Of a stretch of 61,962 bases of DNA, positions 32,293-42,829 are shown one piece after another. The number at the start of each line of letters is the position of its first letter. Positions within the stretch are counted from its first letter, which is position 1. The notes beneath the pieces are model-generated. The model ran no database searches and was not told the origin of the DNA. It was given only the letters and a program-made list of their open reading frames with translations. The DNA comes from Granulicella sp. GTDB taxonomy: Bacteria; Acidobacteriota; Terriglobia; Terriglobales; Acidobacteriaceae. The stretch is from the NCBI GenBank assembly GCA_027339965.1, contig DAHWNL010000061.1:1-61962 (forward strand), written 5' to 3'. The position numbers and the translations under genes are program-made.

Positions 32293-35136
32293 TCAAGGAG
32301 CGGTGGGGATGGACTGCAGGGGCGTGACGGTGGGAGCGGTCAGGCCGAAGAACATCGTCAGCTGGCCGTCGCCCTCGTTGGAGACCCACAGATTCCCTGC
32401 CCGGTCCGGAAGCAGGCTGAACGGCTCGACCAGGCCGGCATCCAGCCCGAAGCCCCCCGTCCCGTAGACGCCGGTGGTCGGAGAGATCGCCGTCCCTGCA
32501 GCCAGAGCGCCACCCTCCCCGGCCAGTTCAGTCACCGAGTTCCCATGCAGGTTGCTGATCCAGACGTTCTGGGCGGCGTCCACGGCGACCATCGCCGGAT
32601 GATCGATTCCCCCCGCAGCCAGACCGCTGATGGGGACGCTGGTGCCGGTCGAGGTGGTGACCGCCTCCGCAACCGCTCCCTGGAAGTCGCTGCCCCCCAG
32701 ATAGTCGGCGATCCAGAGATCGCCGGCGGCGTCCGTAGCCATGCCGTAGGACTCGCCACAACAGGCCGCGTCCACCAGCAGCGTCCCCGTGGCGGAGAGG
32801 TGCGCCACGTCCTCATCCCCGGAGAGCCAGAACCCGCCGCTGGCGTCCAGCGCAATGGCGTTGGGAAGATCGGCCAGGTTGTAGCCCGCCCCCAGCGAGG
32901 CTGCCACCACCCCCCCGCTGCTGTTGTACACCGTGGCCGAGGAGGTGCCGCTGTTGGCGATGTAAAGATCCCCATAGTTGGCCGCTCCCACCGTGTTGTT
33001 GGCGGCGATCGCGTAGGGGTACTGCAGCGAGTAGTCCGAATAGGAGGTGGAACTGCCCTGCGTCGCCGGGTTGCTGACGCCGTAAAACTCCGTCACGCTG
33101 CCCGCTCCGCCCGCGCCGTTCACATTGGTCACCCAGATGTTGTTCTGTGGGTCGATCGCCAGCCCATAGACCTCATGGATCACCGCTACCCCGTTGGCGA
33201 TGCCGTAGCCGGTGGAGGAGAGCGCTGTCCCCTGCGCGTTGAACGCCGACAGCGGCCCGTTCTGATTCGCCACCCAGACGTTGTTCTGGCTGTCGATCCC
33301 CAGGCTGGTCGGCAGCGCCAAACCACCGCCGGTGATCGTGAGCGACATCGTCCAGTCATTGGGAGAGGCGGTCAGCGGCGTCGTGGCGAACGGCGGAGAG
33401 GACGGCTGCGCCGCCCACACCGCCTCCACGTTCTCTCCCGGATGGCGCACGATGTTCAAGGCCGCCGTGAAGCTGTCCTGTGGAGCCGTTCCTCCCATCG
33501 GCGTGGCCGCGGCGAACAGCGGCGTGCAAGTTGAACCGTCTCCGCCGGTGCAACGATTCAGGACGTTGGCCAGAGCGTTCAGCTTACCGCTCTCCACCCG
33601 CAGCGTGGCGGGCAACGTGGCCAGCCCTCCCGTCGCCGGATTGGCCAGCAGCGCCGCGTCCAGAAAGGCATTGCTGATGCCCAGGGTGTTGGTGGAAGTC
33701 GCGCCGATGGCCGTGGCTGAGCCGGCAAACGCGGTCAGCGCCCAGGCCGCCGCCGCCGTGGTCACCTCATTCACCGTAAAGAAGGAAGTCGGGGTCAGGC
33801 TGCTGCACGGTCCCAGCGCCGCCACCATCACCAGCCCGTCGTTGCTGCCCGAAGGCGGCTGCGCCGGGTTGGGCGTCGCCATGCCGCCGCTGGCTACCAG
33901 ATACACCTGGCCGCTGCCGCTGATGCTGCTGCCGGAGCTGCTCTGGCCGCAGGTGTAGAGGCCATTGAGCTGGAACATTCCGATCTCGTCCGAGGTGACC
34001 GTCTGGGTCAGCATCGGCGTGGCCGGCGAGCCGTTGCCGCCGCTGCCCACCGCGTAGAGCTGGATCGTGGCATTCGCCACCGGCGTGGTTCCGCTGAGTA
34101 CCTGGCCCTGGAAGGCCACCGCCGTGACCGTCAGCGCCAGCGTGGCCGTGGCCGTATTCCCCGCCGAGTCTGTCACCTGAACGCTGAGCGGAGCCGAGGT
34201 CTCACTCGTGTTGGGCGCGCCGCTGATCACGCCGGAGGGCAGCAGCACCAGGCCCACCGCGCTCAGCGCGCTGCCGCCCGTCACCGTCCATACATAACCC
34301 ACGCCGCTGCCGCCCTGGGCCGTCAGCGCGGCGTTGTAAGAGTTGCCCTCGACGCCGTTGGGCAATGCCGTGGTGTTAATGGTGAGCGCCGGATAGGCTG
34401 TGGCCAGGGTGTACGCCGCGCTGGCCGTCAAGGCCGGAGAACCCGAGTCGGTCAGCGTCACCGTGAAGCTCGCCGAGCCGACCGTGGTGGGCACGCCGCT
34501 GATCACCCCGCCGCTGCTCAGGCTGAGCCCTGCGGGCAGCGTGCCCTGGGACACGGCCCAGGTATAGGGTGGAATGCCGCCCGCGCCCAGCAAGGTCTGC
34601 GCGTAGGCACTCCCGTAGACGCCGCCCGGCAGCGCCCCGGCGGATGGCGTAATGCTCGGATTCACCGGAACCGAGAGGGTCACGCTCGCCTTCACCCCGC
34701 CGTCCACCGTCGAGGTGGCTGTCACGGTGACCGTGAAGGCGGTGCTCACCTTGAGCGGCGCGGCATAAGTCACTGCAGTACTGGTGGCGCTGAAAAGCCC
34801 GCCACAGACCGTGGCGCTGCAACCGCTCAGCGTCCAGTTCACTCCCGCCGCTGCCGCTCCACCCGCCACGGTTGCGGTAAAGTTTGCTGAATTCCCCGGA
34901 TCGATGGTGTCTGAAGCCGGCCCGTTGATCTTAATCCCCGTTGGAACCGCCGACGCGTTGCTGCCTCCGCAGCCGCTCAACAGAGGCGTCAAGCCCAAGA
35001 TCGAGCCCAAGATCAAGCCCGGCAGCAAGCCCGCAAGAGAGCCAGGCGCGAGCTGGGCCACGCGTCGAACCGAGGACAAAGGCTTGCTTCCACACAGGCG
35101 CGCGCGGCGTCCAAAGCGTTCCAAAAAGGGGTGCAT
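32293..35136 (-). CDS. Surface lipoprotein with putative Ig (He_PIG-like) domains and NHL repeats
   Basis: Lipobox LLSGC, GGIPPYTW..LPAGLSL..G.ISG.PT Ig repeats, then NEVTT, PNDWT and AIDxxNNVW blades. Confidence 0.8.
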   Translation of the reverse strand: MHPFLERFGRRARLCGSKPLSSVRRVAQLAPGSLAGLLPGLILGSILGLTPLLSGCGGSNASAVPTGIKINGPASDTIDPGNSANFTATVAGGAAAAGVNWTLSGCSATVCGGLFSATSTAVTYAAPLKVSTAFTVTVTATSTVDGGVKASVTLSVPVNPSITPSAGALPGGVYGSAYAQTLLGAGGIPPYTWAVSQGTLPAGLSLSSGGVISGVPTTVGSASFTVTLTDSGSPALTASAAYTLATAYPALTINTTALPNGVEGNSYNAALTAQGGSGVGYVWTVTGGSALSAVGLVLLPSGVISGAPNTSETSAPLSVQVTDSAGNTATATLALTVTAVAFQGQVLSGTTPVANATIQLYAVGSGGNGSPATPMLTQTVTSDEIGMFQLNGLYTCGQSSSGSSISGSGQVYLVASGGMATPNPAQPPSGSNDGLVMVAALGPCSSLTPTSFFTVNEVTTAAAAWALTAFAGSATAIGATSTNTLGISNAFLDAALLANPATGGLATLPATLRVESGKLNALANVLNRCTGGDGSTCTPLFAAATPMGGTAPQDSFTAALNIVRHPGENVEAVWAAQPSSPPFATTPLTASPNDWTMSLTITGGGLALPTSLGIDSQNNVWVANQNGPLSAFNAQGTALSSTGYGIANGVAVIHEVYGLAIDPQNNIWVTNVNGAGGAGSVTEFYGVSNPATQGSSTSYSDYSLQYPYAIAANNTVGAANYGDLYIANSGTSSATVYNSSGGVVAASLGAGYNLADLPNAIALDASGGFWLSGDEDVAHLSATGTLLVDAACCGESYGMATDAAGDLWIADYLGGSDFQGAVAEAVTTSTGTSVPISGLAAGGIDHPAMVAVDAAQNVWISNLHGNSVTELAGEGGALAAGTAISPTTGVYGTGGFGLDAGLVEPFSLLPDRAGNLWVSNEGDGQLTMFFGLTAPTVTPLQSIPTAP

Positions 35137-35409
35137 GAGTCATTAATAACGGACACTCCGGTCAATATCCTCAGAGATGAGCCTTTTTTATTAATGAATC
35201 TGTGCGCTTCTTAACAAAACGCCGCCCCATGCGCCTCCAGTTCGATCCTGCGGACCGGTAACGGGATGAGGGTATATTGGCCGGGAACCGGGCGCGTCCG
35301 GGCCGATGTCCAAGCTATCTGGCCCCAACTCGCCTTCCATGCTCCCCTGCCACCGTCGACACAGTCAAATCCGTTCGTGTACTTCTCCCACTCACCATCA
35401 AAGTCTCCC

Positions 35410-35640
35410 TGGAGCGTTGCGCTCAAGCCGGAGATCCGTGCGCGCAGAACGGGCAAATCGCCTTGAATCGTCTTCCACACGATCTCCAGTCCGCCTCGTT
35501 CTCGTCCGCCTCGTCCTCGCCGTGCGAGATGCGGTGGCGCATGGCGTATAGGGCCAACGAAGGAGCACCATCTGTAAGACGCGGGAGCGCACCACTGTGC
35601 AGCCACGACAAGCTGCGCAATACCAGCGTGTTATCACTCT
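35410..35640 (-). pseudogene. Remnant of HepT/DUF86 HEPN ribonuclease toxin
   Basis: YAMRHRISHG (RX4H at 35522-35539), a 15-bp duplication, a 1-nt frameshift, then LEIVWKTIQGDLPVLRARI, typical of a DUF86 C-terminus. Confidence 0.75.
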
Positions 35641-35886
35641 GGCGGGGCGGACTTGCATCGGCATGGCCGGACTGGCATCGGCATGGCTGCCTGCCAAGCC
35701 TGGCAGGTCTGAAACTCGCTTGTTGGAGGGCTGGAGATCGCGATGCCGTTGCTGCCTTCCTGACGCACCAAGCTCGCGGCGCACCAAAGTGCAGATGCCG
35801 GCGGCGGCGACGGATTCAGCCCAACCCTCGCCGCAGAGTCCCGGCGCACACGCCTTGCGCGTGGCCAAGGCCCCCGCGCGTCGCCG

Positions 35887-38097
35887 CTACTTCTCCTCCA
35901 GCTTGCTGGTGAAGTAGGTATAGGTCAGGGCCCAGGTCTGAGCCTGTTCCTTCAGATTGGCGCCCGCCGAGTGCCCGCCTTCAACGATTTCGTCGTAGAG
36001 GAAGGGCTCATGGAACTCCTCCATCTTGGCGGCGAACTTGCGTGCGTGCTGCGGGCCGACGCGATCATCCTTGGTGCTGGTGAAGATGAAGGGCTCGGGA
36101 TAGTCCACGCCGGGCTTGAGCTGGTTGTAGGGTGAGATGCTGGCCAGGAACGCGCGCTCTGCCGGAACGCTCACCGAGCCGTACTCGCCCACCCAACTGG
36201 CGCCGGCGTCAATCTTCTCGTAACGCAGCATGTCCAGCAACGGCACCATGATGGCCACCGCGTGCCATAGATCTGGATGCTGGGTCATCTCCACGCCCAT
36301 CAGCAGCCCGCCATTGGAGCCTCCGATGATCCCGAGGCGGCGCGGCGAGGTGATCCGGCGGGCGATCAGGTCCTCGCCCACCGCGGCAAAGTCATCGTAG
36401 ATGCGCTGGCGCTGGGTCTTCAGCCCCGCCTCATGCCAGGCCGGGCCAAACTCTCCTCCTCCGCGGATGTTGGCCAGCACATAGACGCCGCCCGGCTCCA
36501 GCCACAGCTTGCCCAGCGAGCCGGAGTAGGTGGGCGTCATCGAGATTTGAAATCCGCCGTACGCGGTCAGAATCGTGGGGTTCTTCCCGTTGAGCTGCAT
36601 CTGCTTGGGATGCACGATGAAGTAGGGAATCGACGTGCCATCCTTGGAGGTAGCTTCATACTGCTCCACCACATCCTGGGAGCCGTCGAACTGCGCCGGC
36701 TCGGCCCGGACGTACTGCAGCGTTCCCTGGGCCGCATCCCCGAACAGCAGCGAGGGAGGGGTCAGAAAGCCATTGAACTCCAGGAAGAAGTTGTCATCCG
36801 TATCGCTGGTGGAGACCACCTTCACACTCACGTTCTCCGGCACCGGAAGCTCGCGATGGCTCCAACCCAGCAGCGAGGGCGAGTAGATGTAAGCCTTGCC
36901 CTGAACGTGCTTCAAGGTCGTGATCAGAACCCGCGAGTGGGTCAGATCCACGCTCTGCAGGAACTCCTGCGCGGTGGGAGCAAAGATCGTGCTGGGCTTC
37001 AGATGCTCCGGATCCTTGAGCAACTCCCCCAGTTTCAACTCCAGCAGGGAGCCGCGCGGAAAGGTCTGCAGTTGACCGGCAGGCGTCCAGTCCTGATTGA
37101 TCTCCACCAGCAGCCGGCCATCCAGGAGGCCATCGATCCGCGAGCGGGCGGGAATCTTCAGCTCCCGCAATCCCATTGGCGTCTGGATAAAGATCCGGGT
37201 GCTGAAGAAGCTGATCCGGCGGGTAAAGACGGTGAGTGAGTGCTTCCTGGCGTCGTGCAGCGTAACGCCGCTGGCGCTCATATCGGTGGGCTCGCCGCGG
37301 AAGACCTGCTTGGCGCTGGAGAGCGGCGTCCCGCGCCGCCACTGCTTGACGATGAACGGATAGCCCGAGCTGGTCATCGTTCCCGGACCCCAGTCGCGCG
37401 CCACCAGCAGCGTGTCCTTGTCCTGCCAGGAGACGTCCTGTTTGCTGCGGGAGAGAACAAAGCCTCCGGAGACAAACTCTCCGCTCTTCAGATCGAACTC
37501 TCGCTGGCTGTCAGCATCCTCTCCGCCCGAAGAGAGCGCCACCATGCAGTAGCGGTCCCCCGGATACAGACAGTTCAGGCCATGCGCCACCCAGTTCACC
37601 TTGTCCTGCCGGCCCAGAGCATCATAGTCGATCACCGTCTGCCAGACCGGATGGTCCGACAGGTAGCTGGCCAGCGAGGTCTTGCGGTAGATGCCATTCA
37701 CATGGCCGGCATCGCGCCACAGGTTGTAGATCTCCGCGCCGTGTTGCCTTGGGTCGGCCAGACGGCTGGGAGACTCCGTGATGCGCAACGCCTCCGCATA
37801 GAAGGTGGCGTAGTGCGGATCTGACTCCAGGATGGGTAACGAACGGGCATCCTCAGCCCGCACCCAGGCCAGCGCGCGGGCGCCGAGCTGGTCCTCCAGC
37901 CACAGGTACTTGTCCGCAGGCAGCGGGGGCGGCCCCGTTGGCTCGGCGGCTGCAGAAGCCGCAGCGGTGGATGTCTGCGCCGCCGGGGCGTTTGTTCCTC
38001 CGGACTGTCCGGCGTTCGCGTGCGGCGGAAGAGCCAGCCAGGCCACGCCCAGCGTGAACGCCAGCGCTACAAGAGAGAAGGAACCATGTTTGAGCAT
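35887..38097 (-). CDS. Prolyl oligopeptidase (S9A) with signal peptide
   Basis: DKYLWLED, YGGF, NIRGGGEFG, GGSNGG, DDRV, GGH. Confidence 0.93.
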   Translation of the reverse strand: MLKHGSFSLVALAFTLGVAWLALPPHANAGQSGGTNAPAAQTSTAAASAAAEPTGPPPLPADKYLWLEDQLGARALAWVRAEDARSLPILESDPHYATFYAEALRITESPSRLADPRQHGAEIYNLWRDAGHVNGIYRKTSLASYLSDHPVWQTVIDYDALGRQDKVNWVAHGLNCLYPGDRYCMVALSSGGEDADSQREFDLKSGEFVSGGFVLSRSKQDVSWQDKDTLLVARDWGPGTMTSSGYPFIVKQWRRGTPLSSAKQVFRGEPTDMSASGVTLHDARKHSLTVFTRRISFFSTRIFIQTPMGLRELKIPARSRIDGLLDGRLLVEINQDWTPAGQLQTFPRGSLLELKLGELLKDPEHLKPSTIFAPTAQEFLQSVDLTHSRVLITTLKHVQGKAYIYSPSLLGWSHRELPVPENVSVKVVSTSDTDDNFFLEFNGFLTPPSLLFGDAAQGTLQYVRAEPAQFDGSQDVVEQYEATSKDGTSIPYFIVHPKQMQLNGKNPTILTAYGGFQISMTPTYSGSLGKLWLEPGGVYVLANIRGGGEFGPAWHEAGLKTQRQRIYDDFAAVGEDLIARRITSPRRLGIIGGSNGGLLMGVEMTQHPDLWHAVAIMVPLLDMLRYEKIDAGASWVGEYGSVSVPAERAFLASISPYNQLKPGVDYPEPFIFTSTKDDRVGPQHARKFAAKMEEFHEPFLYDEIVEGGHSAGANLKEQAQTWALTYTYFTSKLEEK

Positions 38098-38250
38098 TGT
38101 GACGGAGATCCTCCCGGAAAGACAACAAAGACCGTTGCAGGTGACAAGTCAAAGCCGGCACCTCGGCTGCCGGCAAGAGGAGCGGAGGAGAAACGCCGTC
38201 GGATCCTACCGGGACAACACCCGGACAGACCCGCACGGCATCCAGACCTG

Positions 38251-39957
38251 CTACTGGCTCGCAGCCTCGTAGTTGCGGATGAACTCGGCCGTGCGCTCAT
38301 GCAATCCGGAGCGAGCCTGTGGATTGACGTAGACCATATGTCCGGTGGGGAAGAACTTGTACTCGATGTTCTTCTCCAGTTCAGCGGGGATGGGCAGGTG
38401 CTTCATCTCATAGGTGGCGCCGAAGTAGATCGTGCCCAGGTCGAAGTATCCGCCCATCAACAGCACATGCATGTGAGGGCTCACCTTCATGGTGTAAGCC
38501 AGATCGCCCATCACGTTGCTGAAGGTGCCGGGCCAGCCTCCGGGCTGCGGGCCATGGTGTTTCATATCCCAGTGCCAGCTACCCATGCGGGCGCTGGGTT
38601 CGTAGGTCATATTCTGCCCGAACTTCAGCGTGGTCTGTGCGTAGGTGTTCATCGCGGCCTGGATGGCCGACTCGATGGCCTCCGAGAAGGGATCGTAAGC
38701 CGCTTCGCGATCCAGCGGGTTCAGACTGGGGCCGGACCAGCGGGAGTCCAACCGGCCGGTAGTGTCGTTGCTGTCGCCCAGCAGATCCTGGGCAAACTCG
38801 CCCCCGGTCAGGCGAAGATCGGCCTTGATCCAGAGCGCCGCCGGAATGCCCGTAAAGCTCTCCAGCTTGGCGGCCACCGCTGCCTTGCGCGTGGCGTCCA
38901 GATCGGCTCCCTGCAGCAGCGCGCTGGCGTAATCTCCCAGCGCATACTGCTCCACCTGATGCAGCCAGGGCAGCAGCTCCGCAGGCTGGTTGGGAACCTT
39001 GTGGTGAAACCAGGCCGTGGCGGCAAAGCTGGGCAGAGCCAGGAAGAAGCCGTTCTCCGTGCCCGGATTGCCATCGGAACCGTCCGCCGAGTCGTCAAAG
39101 CTCAGAATCTGGCTGAGGAAGACCACCCCGTTCAGATCCACGCCATGGTGCTGCAGCGCTGCGGAGAGAACCGCGTCACGCGTGGTTCCGTAGCTCTCTC
39201 CAAACAGGAAGCGCGGCGAGTCCCAGCGGTTGTACTTGGTCAGGAACCGGCGGATGAAGCGCTGGAAGGCCCCGGCGTCCTGATCGATTCCGTAGAACGC
39301 CTTGTCGGCGTCCTTGCCCATCACCCGGCCATAGCCCGTTCCCGGAGCGTCGATGAAGACCAGATCGGCCGTGTCCAGCAGCGAGTCCTGATTGGGCACA
39401 ATCTTGTACGGACCGCCGGCCGGATGGCCCAGGTCATCCAGCTCCACCCGCACCGGGCCAAAGCTGCACATGCGCAGGTACATGGTGGCCGAACCCGGCC
39501 CTCCGTTGTAGATGAAGACGATGGGCCGGGTGGCCGAATCCTCGTCCTTGGCGAAGTAGGCGGTATAGAACATCGTCGCCGTCGGCGGCTCCTGGCCCGG
39601 CTTGGCCGGCATAGCGCCGGACTCCGCGCCGGGCAGAATGGTTCCGTCGAGACTGATCGTCGCATCCTGCTCGTCTGTCGCTCCCACCCGCAGCAAACCC
39701 GCGACCGCCTTGTAGGCGATGGCCTTGCCGCTAACGGTCACCGTTCCCTCGGTGATGGAGTCGGGCGGAAGGGCGTGCTGCAGAGGCTGCTGCGCTGGGG
39801 CTGCGGCTTCTCCACTCGGCGCGCTCTGCGCCGGCGCGGCGCTGCTGGCCAAAAGAAGGGTTACCGCAAGGAGGCCGGCCTTCGCGCCTCTGGAATTCCG
39901 AAAGATGTACCTCGAATTGAGGAAGATGTGCCTCGGGGTGTGATCGCAAAGCGTCAT
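38251..39957 (-). CDS. S10 family serine carboxypeptidase
   Basis: NGGPGS, FIDAPGTGY, GESYG, GYFDL, TGHMVY. Start uncertain. Confidence 0.9.
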   Translation of the reverse strand: MTLCDHTPRHIFLNSRYIFRNSRGAKAGLLAVTLLLASSAAPAQSAPSGEAAAPAQQPLQHALPPDSITEGTVTVSGKAIAYKAVAGLLRVGATDEQDATISLDGTILPGAESGAMPAKPGQEPPTATMFYTAYFAKDEDSATRPIVFIYNGGPGSATMYLRMCSFGPVRVELDDLGHPAGGPYKIVPNQDSLLDTADLVFIDAPGTGYGRVMGKDADKAFYGIDQDAGAFQRFIRRFLTKYNRWDSPRFLFGESYGTTRDAVLSAALQHHGVDLNGVVFLSQILSFDDSADGSDGNPGTENGFFLALPSFAATAWFHHKVPNQPAELLPWLHQVEQYALGDYASALLQGADLDATRKAAVAAKLESFTGIPAALWIKADLRLTGGEFAQDLLGDSNDTTGRLDSRWSGPSLNPLDREAAYDPFSEAIESAIQAAMNTYAQTTLKFGQNMTYEPSARMGSWHWDMKHHGPQPGGWPGTFSNVMGDLAYTMKVSPHMHVLLMGGYFDLGTIYFGATYEMKHLPIPAELEKNIEYKFFPTGHMVYVNPQARSGLHERTAEFIRNYEAASQ

Positions 39958-40159
39958 GCCAACTCCAAAGATCAGAATTTTGTGCCCGGCCGCCAATCGT
40001 AAACCCGCAGTATACTCCGCCCGGCAAGAGAATCTTCCCTCCGTCCGCCAGGCGCGGGCGAACCCTGGCCGGATTTTGCACTAGACTGGTCGCTGCGGAC
40101 TGCGAGGTTGGCCCAGGCCCTGCCTCGGGCGGCAACCGCCGGTGTGGGAGTTGGAGCCT

Positions 40160-41503
40160 ATGCGAGTTGGGTTGATGACGCGGGAGTATCCGCCGTACGT
40201 CTACGGTGGCGCGGGAGTTCACGTCGAGTACCTCTCCCGGGAGATGGCTCGGTCGATCGAGGTGGAGGTGCACGCCTGGGGAGAGACGCCCCCCGCCGAT
40301 AGCCTCGCCGATCCATCTCTGCCGCACACCCAGAACCTGCACGTCTCCTTCGCGCAGCCCTGGCCGCTGCTCTCCCGCGGAACCGACGCCAAGTTTAAAA
40401 CTGCCCTCGAAGCGCTTTCTCTGAACCTCCTGGAGAATCTTCACCTCGACCGGCTGGACGTGATCCACACCCACACCTGGTACGCGGCCATGGCGGGGTT
40501 CTTCGCCAAGAAGCTCTACAACATTCCGTTCGTCCTGACCACCCACTCCCTGGAGCCCTTGCGCGCCTGGAAGGCCGAGCAACTGGGGTCGGGCTATGCT
40601 TTGAGCTCCTGGATGGAGCGCACCGCCATTCTGGATGCCGATGCCATCGTCGCCGTCTCGAGGGGCACTCGCGCAGACATCCTGCGCGCCTACCCGGAGG
40701 TGGACGCAGACCGGATTCACGTGATTCATAACGGAATCGACCTCGAGCAGTACCGCTACCGGACCGAGAAGACCGCGCTGCAGAAGTACGGCGTGGACCC
40801 GAACCGTCCCTACGTCTTGTTTGTGGGCAGAATCACGCGCCAGAAGGGCGTCACCCATCTGGTGGATGCGATCCCTTATCTTCCTCCAGGCACCCAGGTG
40901 GTGCTCTGTGCCGGAGCGCCGGATACCCCCGAGATCGCCGCCGAGATGCGTTGCAAAGTCGAGGCGGCGCGCCACGCCGGCTCCGGGAACTCGGCGGCGG
41001 CGGTGGAGAACTTTGGCCCCCGCGGTGGGCACTCCACCGCTAACGGCGACCCCACTGGAACCGGCCACAACGTAGTCTGGATCGAACAGATGATCACCCG
41101 CGAGGAGGCGATTCAGCTTTACTCGCACTGCGCCGTCTTCTGCTGCCCCTCCGTCTACGAGCCCTTCGGCATCATCAACCTTGAGGCCATGGCCTGCGGG
41201 GCTCCGGTGGTGGCCAGCGCCACCGGAGGAATCCTGGAGGTGGTGGTGGACGGCCAGACCGGGCTGCTGACTCCATTTGAGGCCAATCCCGTTACCTCGT
41301 TCCCGGTGTATCCGGACCGCTTCGCCCGCCATTTAGCCGAGCGCCTCACCCACCTACTGCAAAACCCGGAGCAGGCTCGGCGCATGGGGCAGGCCGGGCG
41401 AGTGCGCGTCGAAGAACACTTCTCCTGGAGAGCGATCGCCGACCAGACGATCCGCTTGTACCGGGAGCTGATCGATGCCCGGCGCGCAGCAAAGCGGGCC
41501 TAG
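40160..41503 (+). CDS. glgA: Glycogen synthase, GT4 GlgA/GlgM type
   Basis: MRVGLMTREYPPYVYGGAGVH, HTWY, HSLEPLR.WK.EQLG, EPFGIINLEAM. Confidence 0.92.
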   Translation: MRVGLMTREYPPYVYGGAGVHVEYLSREMARSIEVEVHAWGETPPADSLADPSLPHTQNLHVSFAQPWPLLSRGTDAKFKTALEALSLNLLENLHLDRLDVIHTHTWYAAMAGFFAKKLYNIPFVLTTHSLEPLRAWKAEQLGSGYALSSWMERTAILDADAIVAVSRGTRADILRAYPEVDADRIHVIHNGIDLEQYRYRTEKTALQKYGVDPNRPYVLFVGRITRQKGVTHLVDAIPYLPPGTQVVLCAGAPDTPEIAAEMRCKVEAARHAGSGNSAAAVENFGPRGGHSTANGDPTGTGHNVVWIEQMITREEAIQLYSHCAVFCCPSVYEPFGIINLEAMACGAPVVASATGGILEVVVDGQTGLLTPFEANPVTSFPVYPDRFARHLAERLTHLLQNPEQARRMGQAGRVRVEEHFSWRAIADQTIRLYRELIDARRAAKRA

Positions 41504-41659
41504 GAAGGCCCCTTTTACATGCCGCTTGACGTCACCGCGCGCGACGCAGTACAACTTAGGTTTAATTTCGCCTGCCGACCATCGCTGACCCTCCGCGAAA
41601 GATGATCCCTTTCTTTGCTACCCACCTCTGAGAAAGCCCGTTCGCGACGGGGGGCATCG

Positions 41660-42403
41660 ATGTCCAAGAAACCAGCCCACTTCAGCGGCGTTCTCAAGCC
41701 GGCGAGCCGGGCCCGCTACATGATATGGCGGCTCATGGGCGGAAAGCGTCCGATCGACCTGAACCTGTCAATTGGAACTCGCTTGCGCCTGCGGCCATTG
41801 GCCACCACCGACTACGATGTTGCGTGGCAGATCTATTGGCGCGGGGACTATGAATCTCCTCGGCCGCTGAAAGATGTTCGGAGGGTCGTGGATCTTGGCG
41901 CTAACGTGGGCTACTCCTGCCTCTACTGGTGCCAGAGATTTCCGGAGTGTCGCGTGACCGCGTTTGAACCGCATCCGGTCCACGTGAACATCATGAAAGG
42001 CAACCTGGCACAAAATGCCTTTCTGGATCGCGTCGATCTTGTGACCGCGGCAGCCGGGTCGAGCCAGAGGCACTCGTACCTGACCGACGCTCGCACGAGC
42101 TCGACCGTCACGGACCAGGTCGCCGATTTCGAGATACGCGTTGTGGACATCTTTGGGGAACAGGACCTGGCGGGACCGATCGACATCCTGAAGATCGATA
42201 TCGAGGGCGGGGAATACGAGCTACTCTCCGACCCCCGATTCGAAATCCTGAATGTAAGAACCTTAGTCCTTGAATGGCACAGCACGGCGGAACACTCCAA
42301 TGGCAAGGCCTGGTGCCTGCAAAGGCTGCAAGCGCTTGGATATCAGACGCATATCGGAAATGAAGATCCTCCGCTAGCGGGTCTGATATGGGCTTTCCGG
42401 TAA
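41660..42403 (+). CDS. FkbM family SAM-dependent methyltransferase
   Basis: VVDLGANVG, AFEP, ILKIDIEGGEY, LEWH. Confidence 0.88.
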   Translation: MSKKPAHFSGVLKPASRARYMIWRLMGGKRPIDLNLSIGTRLRLRPLATTDYDVAWQIYWRGDYESPRPLKDVRRVVDLGANVGYSCLYWCQRFPECRVTAFEPHPVHVNIMKGNLAQNAFLDRVDLVTAAAGSSQRHSYLTDARTSSTVTDQVADFEIRVVDIFGEQDLAGPIDILKIDIEGGEYELLSDPRFEILNVRTLVLEWHSTAEHSNGKAWCLQRLQALGYQTHIGNEDPPLAGLIWAFR

Positions 42404-42829
42404 CGCTGCGGCTGCAAGAGCTCATCCCGGAGCGGCTAGAAGCGCCGAGCTTGTTCCGGAGCGAAACGCCGGCTTGGCCCTGCAGCCGCCCCGGGCGACC
42501 GACCAGCTTCTCGATCGTGCACGGGGGGTGCTGCTTTGCAGGTTTGCGTGTAGCACCCGCTCCAGGCTTCTGCCTCCAGGCTCCTATGGGGGCTACGTCG
42601 CGGCCTCAGTGACCCGCGCGCGGCGACCGGCGGCGCTGGTGCCGATCGGCGGAGTGGAGGCGAAGCAGCCTGGGGAGGGACAAAACCTTCGCTCCGGCGA
42701 TGGCATCATATAATCGAGACAAGTGGAGAGGGGTTGATCTCCGGACGGGTGAGGCTTTCGATCCGGGCCGTTGGGCTCATGACTCCAGTTCCGCAATCGT
42801 TCTCCGATACCCCTCCCTCAGGAGCCTTT

